Assembly (NCBI GenBank): GCA_025558095.1
Contig: JAIVFI010000002.1
Location: 372,001-436,000, forward strand
Direction of reading: 5' to 3'
Length of the DNA: 64,000 bases
From: Hyaloraphidium curvatum SAG 235-1
Lineage: Eukaryota > Fungi > Monoblepharomycota
The notes below the pieces were generated by a model. The model was given only the letters and a program-made list of their open reading frames with translations. It did not search any database and was not told where the DNA came from. Below, one piece after another: positions 54,385 to 64,000 of this stretch; positions within the stretch are counted from its first letter, which is position 1; the number at the start of each line of letters is the position of its first letter. A program made the position numbers and the translations under genes.

Positions 54385-57300
54385 TCACCGGCGGCTCGAA
54401 GGCCGGCCTCGGCTTCCCGCAGAACCACCAGGCCGGAAATCGTCGTCGTCCTCGCCGGTGTCAACAACGCGCACATTCCTCCGCGCGGCAGCGGCCCTCT
54501 TGCGAGGCCCGCCGCCCTCGGAGGCATCCGCAGCGCGCTTGGCACCCGCTGCCTTGGCCTTGCCACCCTTCGGAGGCGCCTTGGCACCGCTGGCGGGCTT
54601 GTAGCCCAGCGGCCGGGCACCGTCAAAGAGCAGCTGGTACCAGAACAGGTAAAGGATGTTGCGGGCGCTGTTGACGTCGCGGTTCCAGCGCTTGCGGCAC
54701 AGCCTGCACTCCTTGACACCCCACTTGCGGCCGTGGAGACGCCTGGAATGGCAGTCGGAGCAGTTGGCGCTGGACCCGTGCTCGTTGGTGAGGACGCCAT
54801 CGACGAGCCTGAAGACTTCGCGTCGGAAGGTGATGATGGGCGCCGAAGCATGCCCCTGGCTGTTGTGCGCGAAGACAGCTGCCCCGTACGCCAGGACCAT
54901 CTTGCCGCGCTCCTTCCCCGGTTCCTTCAGCGGATCTTTCGCGGTTTCGCGAGCCATCCACATGAGGATCTGGCGGGAGCGGAAGTAGCGCGCGAGACGG
55001 CGGCGCCTGGAAAACGGCAAGGTGTCAACGATGTTGGCTAAAGGTACCGCTCCAACGACCTACCGGAGGATCTCCTGCGCGTAGAACTGCGTGACCTCGC
55101 GGAGGCGCTTCACCACGTACTTGACGTAGGCAGCGTAGTCAAGCAGCCTCATCGACCGCGAGGTCGGAATTCCAGACTGCCACTCTGCGATGGACTGGGC
55201 CGGCTTCCCGTCCAAGGGCTTGAGCATTGTCGTCTTGAGCATCGACTGCAGCTTCTCCTCGTCCTTGACAAAGCCGGCTTTGCGGCGGTAGAGCGACGTC
55301 GAGACCCGGCGCTCGAGCTCCCAGTGCTGGATCCGGCCGAATCCCGTCTTGCCCCAGACCTGGTCCCGCTTCTCGTCCGTGGGCACGCCGTAGAACTCCA
55401 TCAAGTGGCGAGTGTGCTTCTTGGACGCCACTCGTCCCCTGAACCGGTCCCTCGGCACGGGCTCAAACTCGCGGTAGACGTCGTGCAGGGGGTTGCTGCA
55501 GCACACGACGCCGCCCGCTCGGCTGGCCCTTGCCGTCTGGTTGCACGAGTGCTCGAAGCGGACGCCGTAGATTCGGCCGGTGGAGAGCAGCCCGCCCCGG
55601 TCCTGGCGCCGGAGGAAGACGCAGCGGGTCTGGGTGCCGTCGGCGTGCTTCACAACGAGGCAGGAATCGAAGGCGGACAGGCGCTCGTTGGCGAACGCGT
55701 ACCCGCCCGACGAGTCCAGGAGCCGACGACCGAACAAGGCCACCAGCTTGATGATGCCGACGTAGAACTCGCGACGGTTCGGATCAGCGGCCATGACGGT
55801 GCGCAGTAGCTGGGGATCTCCGTCATAGACGACCCGTACGAGCTCCTTCCGAGACTGCGCATCATTGAGATCGTACTTCCTGGACAGCTCGCTCGCCCAG
55901 CTCTTGCGCGGCGCCTGCTGCGAGATGTTGAAGGCCGCATTCGCCGCGAGCTGCGCCGCACGCTCGGCCGTCCCGCTCGCCCGAGACGCAGCCGCCTGCT
56001 GCGACGCCGCCTGCCCCGACCGCTGCCGACCTGCCGCACCGGTGGCCGCCCTGCCTTTGCCGCTGGGCGGCCCCGTTCCCGAGCTCGGCCGCGGCTCCGA
56101 CCCCAGCCTCTTGCGCGGCATCTGCTTCCCCGTCCACGTCTGCGTTGTCACGTGAAGGGATACCCCGTCGCTCCGCACGATGCACCAGATGGTCTTTTCG
56201 TTGAGCGTCTCGTTGAACTTGAGAGCGGAGACGCCATCCAGCGCGCCCTTGCTGTCCCGAGAAGCCTTGCGGTTGCGCGACCGCTTGCCCGTGCGGAAGG
56301 CTTCCTGAAACCAGAAGGCCCTGTCGCGATTCATCACCGAGACTGGCGGCAGGCACCGCATCCCGGCCTTCTCGAGAACAGCACGCCAGGCGGTCATGTC
56401 GTAGGAAAACATCCGGGGAGCGAAGCCGACCGACAGCGCGAACGAGCCCGCAGGCCTCGACCTGATCCAAGCCGGCCCTTTGTCCGCACCGTTCTTGGCC
56501 GTGCTTTCAGTCTGCTTGACGCTGCCGCCGTTGATCGCCTCGTTGACCGTGACATGGCCCCTCGGCGTCTCGGCGTTGCGCTCCGTGGCCGTCTCCGCGG
56601 GGATTCCGGCCGCCTGCGCCTTGAGATGAGCTTCACGCGTCCGATCTCGCAGCTCCGCTTCGCGGTCGAAGAAGGTCACGTCGCCTTCGGCGTCCACGTC
56701 CTCCACGACCGTAGGCGCGGACAAGGATGCCGATGCGAACCCGCGCTTGGTGTACCCGTGATCGTGCTGCGTCTCGCTTCGGATCTTGTCTTTCTTGCCC
56801 TCCAGCTTCGCCGCACGCCTCGCCTCGCCCTCGCGCATGATCAGCTTGTTGTGCTGCCACCGAAAGCGCTTGTCCTGGATTGCCTGGTCCCGCTTCTGCT
56901 CGTCGGTCAAGTGCCTCCGGCGCTGCCTCCCGGTCCGTCCGCAGCACGAGTCCTCCGCATCCGAGTCGACCTCCGCGAACTCCGCGCGTGGCAGCGGCGC
57001 CTGCGGTCCGTCCACGTCCATCGCGTCGCCGTCCCCCGACCTGTCGCCCTCGCGCGACACGGCATGCCCGGCGGTGCCCCCCTGCGGCTTCGGCTTCATC
57101 CGGGGGAACTTGTCCGGGTGGTTGCGCTTGTTCAACGCCGTGCTCTCCTCCCTCACCGTCGCGTTCATGCGCTTGAGGTTGTAGTAGGCTCGGATCGCCG
57201 CGTACCACGGACGCTTCTCCAGTCCTTCGATGCCCAAGACCTTGGGGTCGGTCACGCCCGCGAGCCTTTCGGCGATGAGCTGCCGTAGCTCCGCCTCAGT

Positions 57301-60300
57301 CTTGTGCCGGAGGTGGGCCGGGGCGCGGATCTGGCCGGCGAGCGAGTTGTGCTTCTCCATGTCCGCACCGATGGGCACCAGGTAGGGGAGGATCTCGAAA
57401 GGCATATGGTGGCGATTGCAAAAGTCCATGCACCCGTATGCCTCGAAGTTGGCCTTGGTGATCGCGATGGCCTTGAGCTTGAGCGGGTCGCTGGCGTGGA
57501 GGCGCTCGAAGTCCTCCTTGCCATGCTTCTTGAACCACTCGAACTTGGACCTGTCCTCGGGCGACCAGTTCCTTTCCTGCGACAGCTTCGGCGGGAAGTA
57601 GTTGTGGAACGCCGGCAGACCCTGCTGGATTCGCAGAAGGTGTGTCCAGACGACCCAAGCAGGCCGGGGCTTGGGGACACGGCGCGCGGAGAAGGGGCTG
57701 CGCGAGTCGGCGATCTGGTCCGCGGATCTCGGGTCCGTAGGCATCCCGAATCCGTTCTCCGCAATAGGCAAGCGCGAGGAGGACGTCCGTGCTCGCCTCG
57801 TAAGCACGCTCCTTGCGATTCTGGTGCAAAATCGCGTCCCTGACGCTCGGAGCAATGTCGGCAAAGATGGAGCGGCGGAGGCACGGAATTGGAGCTCGGT
57901 TGCCGCCCCGCAGCCAGTACCTTCCCTCCTGCAACGCGTGCTCGAAGGATGCGACGTCCGACACGAACAGCCCGAGGCCCTCGGCGCGCTTCCACCCCGG
58001 CTTCAGCATGCCGTAGCGGCCTTCCGGCTCGGCAAGCAAGCAAACAACCATCCTCTTGCCCCGCTCCTTTTCCGGCGTCGCATCCCTGCCGGCCTTGTCC
58101 ACGATGACCTCGAAAAGGTTAGTATCCGACCTGACGATGCAGAAATCCATCGACAGCGACCCGGCGAGGATGCGGAGCGCCCCATCGTCTGCGGCAAAGA
58201 GCGCGGCGTCCGTCTTGCCGTCAAATTCCGGGTCATCCGTGCGAGACCGTCGCATCCTCGAAGCGAGCCTCTGCACCACACTGTCGGGCACCTCCGTGGC
58301 TGATGCAAAAGTCTCGAGGTTCAGGTTTGCCGCCCACTGCACGATCTCGTCCGCCGTCGATCCGCTGGCCTTGATCTTGCCGATGAGCTTCTCCAGATAC
58401 TCGTGCGCAGCCGTGCCCTTGCTGCGGCAGCCGCGCTCGAACTCATCAGCGAGGCCCGCGCGCACCTTCTTGGCCGTGAACGGCCCTCTCGGATGGCCGG
58501 CGCCGGAAAGAGCGAGAGCGATGCCTCCAAACACGTGGTTGGGACCGTCGGGCAGTTCGTGCAAGGCGGCCATGACGGCGCCCGGAGGAAGCGCTGCAGG
58601 CGGGGGGTCGATGATCGAGCTGCGCAGTTCATCCACCTCGTTCCACAGTTCCGTCGCTTCCGCCTTTTCCGGCGGATCTACCTCACTGCGCTCCTCCTTG
58701 AACACGAACAGGATGTCAAGAACCCTTTGGAGGCGGCGCACGTGGATGTCGACGATCTCGTTTTCGGCCCGGGTCCGCGCCGGCAGCGCCACGAGCTTCC
58801 GCAGCGCGGGAAGCTGCCGAGTCCGGAAGTCATCGACGAACACGCGCGCGGTGGGGACGTTGGTGACGAGGGAGTCGACATCCAGGTCCGAGTCGATGCG
58901 GAGGGACCTGTAGTCGACCTCGCCGAGGTCGGATCGCCCAAAGTTTTCCAGGGGATCCTTGCCGTTGAAGAACTCGATGGCGTACTTGACGAGCTTGCCG
59001 CCCTTCTTCGTCGGAAGCTTGACGGCGTGGAGCGCGAGCACTTGACGGATGTAGCGCTCGACCTGCTTCATGAATGTTCCGGAGATCTTGGTGGCAAAGT
59101 TGGTCCGCATCTGCTCCACAGCCCCCAACAGAGCTTCCTCGATAACCTTGTCGAACTGGAGCATGGCATCCTTCAGCCCCTCCTCGGGAATCTCGGCGTC
59201 AAAGACGGCGATTATGAGCTTCAAAAGGAGTTTGCGGAGCCGCTCGCGCTCCTTTGCCTCCTCCTCCGACTCCTTGGGACGAGGAGCACCGGCATCGGCA
59301 TCCCCCGACGCAGCCGCCTCTGCAGTCGTGGGGTTCTCGGCCGCGGGGACTTCGCCCTCCTGCACCGCGCCAACGTTGACCTCCTCGGCGTCGAGCAAGT
59401 GGTCCGCGTCGACGGCCTCCCCAGCATCAGCGCCTCCATCCGCCGCCGGATCCGCCGTCATCATATCAAACGTCTCGGCGAGGAGGTCGGCGTCCGATGC
59501 GGCGTCGTGACCTCCATTTCATCCCCGCTTTCGGAACCGTCGTCCGCGTCCGCCCCGGTGCTCGGCTCGATCTCGAGGCGGCCCGCGTCGTCGAAGAGCC
59601 CGGCCACGGTCGCCGGATCGTCCATCTCCGCCCCTGCCATTTCCACGTCCCCAGCCTCTTCTCCGTCCGAGGCGGGCTCCGCACCAGCTTCCGCCGAATG
59701 TCCGAGCGTTCCGTCGAGTCCGAGCTCCTGGCACTTCTGCGTCATATCTGGCTGCTTCGGGATGTTGCGCAGCACGGGGGCGTTGCGCGGGCGCGCGGAA
59801 CCAAGGTTTGGCGAAGGATCCTTGCCCGTCGCCCTAGCCTTGATCACGGAGTACGAAAACCTGAACAAGCAGTCCATGTCGGCCATTGCAAGGTCCTTGT
59901 GGATCCCGGGCACCTCGTACTTCTCCTCCCCGACGGGGTCCTGGATCGCGTGCAGCGTGAGCGCAGAGAGCAGGGCAGTCATGATGACAATCGGCGTGCC
60001 CTCCACGATGGTTTCCTCCAGGACCTTGAGAATGTCGTCCGCCATCTTGCTGTGCGCCTTGAACTCGCCCACGTCCAGCACGATGGTCATCATCTTCACC
60101 ATCTGGACCGCAATCTCGATCTCCTCCTCGCCCTTATTCCGCTGCCGTGCACTTTCGATCAGACGATGCGCAAAGATAAGCAGCTCCGGATGACAGGTGC
60201 ACGCCTTCTTGGCCGCCGTCGGCTTGAAGTGGCACAGCGGGCACTCCTGCCCCTTCTGCACCGGCGGCACGGGCGGTCCCAGATCGCGCCCGACCTCGAG

Positions 60301-62500
60301 CAGCCGCCTGCGGAGCTCCTCTCGGATGAGGAAGAAAGCAGTCGTCGAGAGGTTCTGCGGCATCAGCAGCCTGTACAGACGCGCGTCAGTGCTAGTCGCG
60401 CAAGCCAGCAAACGCAGGCACGCACTCGAAATCCGCCTCCGGGTGCGCCTCGACGACGTGGTCCAAGAAGTCGTCCTTCGAATTCCGAAAAGCAGTCTTC
60501 CGCGAACGCTCATCCGCATAGCAGGTTTGGCACTTCCAGTGACTCCCTTTCTCGTGCTTCGCCTGCCATTTGCGTGCGTCCGCGTCCGAGTGGAAGCCCT
60601 CGACGACGCGCAGCGTGGGTGTCTCGCCACAGAAGAAGCACGGAGCGCACTGAACACCCAGCGAGATTTGGTAGCGGTGGATGAAGCAGAACAGCTGGGT
60701 CATGTAGGAGTCCAGCTTCTTGCGGTCAGGCGTTCCGGGCTTGATGACGCTTGTCCACTGAAGAAACGACAAGGCGCCGGAAATCCGGGTCGGGTCCCGC
60801 GATCCGTAAGCCCGGAGCAAGAGAGGAACGAGGAACTCGTCGTCGCGGCCAATGCCGGCAGGCGGACCCGGGATCGCGCACGCCGTGGCGCACTCCTGCA
60901 GGGTGCGTGCCTGCGTTCGAGAGGAACATCAGGTGCTCATACCAACGCGACAGCGCGCTGCGAAACCCACGGGAACAAAGACCGGCCCCTGTGACGCCAA
61001 GGAGATGCCCCTCTGCGATGCGAGCTCGCGGAGAACGCTGAACACTTCCTTCCAGAACTGCATCTTCTCGGCAAACGATCCGGCTCGACAAGCCAGCTGC
61101 GTTCGCTTGGCGACAGGTGCCGGTGTCCCGTCCGATTGCGCCTCTCCCTGCGCGGGAGAACCGGGACCCGTACAGGGACGGGGACCTTGACATGGAGCGC
61201 GAGAAGCGACACCTCCTCGTCCGAAAGCGCGCAGAGATGATCGCCCATGTCCAAGTGCACGCTCAGGCCCAGCCTGTCCATCCCCTCACGCATCAGCTGG
61301 GTCGTCTTCTTCTTGATTTCCGCCGCGGGATGCTGCATCTTTTCCAGAACCTCGCGGAATTCAACGCGCTGCCTCGCCGCACCGCTATCGTTGCCTTCGC
61401 CGCCGAAACGGAGCACCGGGCCGAACTTCTCCAGGATGGCCCGAAGCGTCGCAATCATCGTGTCCTTTTCCGGTTCGCTCGCCGCGGCCTTCTTCTTGAG
61501 CAGAGCGGCATCGATCGCACCCAAAGCCAGGTTCTGCCGGTCCTCAGGCGCGTTTGCGAGCTCGGAAAGGAATCGTTCGCGGAAGGGACGGTTTCGGGCA
61601 TCCTTCTCGTCCTTGAGCGCGCCGAGGTGCACGCATGCGGAAAACAGCGCGTTCTGCACGGCCTGCACGTTCTTTCCGTTGCCCATGACGGAGGCAACGA
61701 CCGGAGCGGAAGAATGAGCCGAGTTGTGCACGTCCATGTCCTCGAGCTTCGTGGGCACCGAGCTGGCAGACCCAGCGCCGCTCCCTTCGTCCGAGCTTCC
61801 CTGGAGATTGAACGGCAGGCTTTTCGGGTAGAAGGGAAGGCCATCTTGTACGAGTTTGGCGGCGACGAGGAGGTACGCGTTTCGGAGGAATGGTGGCAGG
61901 CCGGCGAAGTCCTTGACTGCTGATTTCGCCAAGCCCTGCGTTTGCTCGCGCCATAACACCCGAGCACGGCGGGAACGAAAGACAGGGGATCGCTCTTGCT
62001 GATTATGCCTCCCAGAACGTTTCCCTTATCAAGGCCCCAATTCTCGACGATCTTGGCCAGGTGGGGCTTCAATCCCCTCTTGATGCTGCCGTTCGTGTCC
62101 GGGACGCCATCCATGCAAAGAGTCAAGAATTCTTCCTCAGAGACGGCTGCAGAGAGGTCCACATTGCGTCCGGCCGTAGTGGCAGCCCAGATCTGGGGCA
62201 AGAATTGGCGGGTCAGAGTGCAGTCGCACAAGGAGGCGCCCCCATCCGCGCGACCTACCCGACCCAAAAGCGCGTTCCTCGATGCCAGTCCTTCCGCCTG
62301 CACTTCAGCGCCATTTTCCTGAGCGGGAGCCGCGTGTTCGGCCTCCGGCGTGGGGTCCAACCGGTCGGGAACTGCGCCGCCCCGTGAAATGAGCCCCGCC
62401 GCCGCCGCCGCGTCCTCGCCCCTTACCGTGCTCGCTTTCGCCCTTGCAGTGCCCTGCGTCATGCTCAGCGCGGTTTCTGCACATTCTTGCTGTTCTAGAC
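54385..62500 (-). pseudogene. giant Fanzor B (degenerate OTU; frameshifts at ~61915, ~59510 and ~57720)
   Basis: RuvC AADPNRR / TNEHGSSANCSDC / CRLCRKRWNRDVNSARN intact; colinear with Fanzor A with shared intron positions. Confidence 0.85.
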
Positions 62501-63564
62501 GCGATTGTGTGTCGTTTTCGTTTTCTCTTGCTCGGCGAATCCGATCAGCCTCTTCCTCGCTCAACCTCACGCAGTGCCGAAACGTCGGCCCCAAATCCAT
62601 CGCCGCAATTTCGGCAATCGCCCTTTCTATCGATCTGACCAGCTCCTGGACCGTGGACGGGCAGTCCTTGCGGACCCTGCTCTTGATAATCCAGAACACG
62701 TGTCCAGCAGGGTCAAACTCGGGCGATCGCGGCCTCAAATAGACAATATCCAGGCCGTTCCTGCGAGCTACTTCCTGGACTGCTTGGTAGGCCTTGCCAG
62801 TTTTCTTTTCGACGCAAGATCGGGACCCGTCGGGCCTCCGGACGGTCTGCCAGGGGGAGCCGTGGAAGCCCGCGTTGTCGGCGATGACCTTGACGGGACC
62901 AGTGCTATCGCCCGCCTTGACGGAAGGCGCAGAATCGCTCGGTGGTCATGTTGCCCTCGTAGATCACATAGGATACTATGTTGCCGCCAAAGTTGCCCTC
63001 CCTCGGCGTCATGGAGACGCACAGGCAGAGGAACAGTTTCTTCCCGCGACCGGAAGGCAGCTCGATGACCGCACGCTCTCCCTCGGAAGCATAGCCGTAG
63101 GAAAGGGGCTCGTTGATGTGGAACGACGACTCGTCGAGGGCGAGCAGGTTGCCCGACGCGGCTGCAGCCTGAATGGCCTCGTTGAAGTCGAGATGGCGCT
63201 GCGGCTGCTCCAGTCGCTCCACGTTCCTGATAGTTAGCCGCTTCCGAGTAATCTTTCGCGCCCGAAGCAGCCGCGAGACGTGCTGCTGACAGATGGAGAC
63301 GCCGAACTCCTCCTTCACAGCCCTTGCCAGCTCCTTCTGCGTCACGACGACCCTGCTCGTCGCCATCTTGACGATGAAGTCGACGACTCCAGCTGTCACT
63401 TTACGGGGTTGTGCCGAGCGTTCCCCCGACCGAGGAGCGTAGCCGTCCCGAAGGTAGTTGCGGACCATTCTCGGCGAGACCTCAACGACGGCGCCAATTT
63501 CGGCGACGCTCATCTGAGTGCGCTGCCGCAAGCGCTGGGCAACGAGGTGCTTTGCGATTGACAT
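62500..63564 (-). pseudogene. IS630-like transposase module of element B
   Basis: Highly similar at DNA level to 33500-34558; 8-nt deletion at ~62920 and catalytic Glu changed to Gly (SPEFDPAG). Confidence 0.88.
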
Positions 63565-64000
63565 TGTCCCGCAGGTTTGGTTGAACGTGCGCGGCGCGAC
63601 CTTGCGGAAATACAGGGAGAGGCACTTGTGGAACTGCACCACGCAGTTGACACGCAGTTGAACCCGCGCCCGATGGCGAGCATTCTCGCGGAACGCGTTG
63701 AAGAAATCCAGCGCGGGTCGAATGGCGCTCAAAGTAGCTTTAACTTGCTCGTTCGCGAGCTTATGCGGATCGCGGACCGCTTCCCAGGGGGCCTGAGCGA
63801 CTCTGTCATTCGTGGCGAACTGGAGCAGGTGCAACCTATGGCAGCCACGAAGTTGTGCTCCTGATGCATTGAAGTCGGCAGGTCGTATCCAGAGGACCAA
63901 GACGGACCCACGGTCAGCGCCGGCGGACTGTTGCGTATCCGCAATCTCACGGACTTTGCAGAGAGCGAACAGGCGGTCGGGGCATCGACTTCCGGAGCTG

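Larger units (their letters stand above)
54129..64000 (-). mobile_element. Element B: IS630-Fanzor fusion element, paralog of A; likely runs to or past the window end
   Basis: Colinear homology with 25233-34640; end TA|CACAGTTTCC at 54127. Confidence 0.8.

Noticed and set aside
1-64000. tRNA or rRNA genes
   Set aside because: None recognisable by eye

Overview
GC-rich eukaryotic genomic DNA with dense, short-intron genes. It is most likely from an early-diverging (chytrid/monoblepharid-like) fungus, inferred from fungal-type Pho80/Yra1/App1/Pep4/GATA genes together with B12-dependent MUT and MMAA. Housekeeping genes include a GATA-ET protein, NAD kinase, HAUS6, TIP41, Yra1, App1, rhomboid, Pep4, a 2-oxoglutarate carrier, MUT, Gtr2, RPL22, eIF3k, Pho80, two PPR proteins, MMAA and Nse4. 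Three large accessory blocks interrupt them, each encoding a Fanzor (eukaryotic TnpB-like RuvC nuclease). Two blocks (~21.2-34.7 kb, and 54.1 kb to the window end) are paralogous IS630/Tc1-type elements. In these, an unusual DD57E transposase is predicted to be spliced in frame to a giant Fanzor carrying zinc fingers and an inserted OTU cysteine-protease domain, giving a ~3,000-aa multi-exon ORF. The OTU has its catalytic residues in one copy and has lost them in the other. The third block (41.4-47.8 kb) carries a more conventional Fanzor1 with a Cys/His-rich N-terminus, a structured putative omegaRNA and two orphan genes. Exon boundaries were read by eye and some gene ends are approximate.
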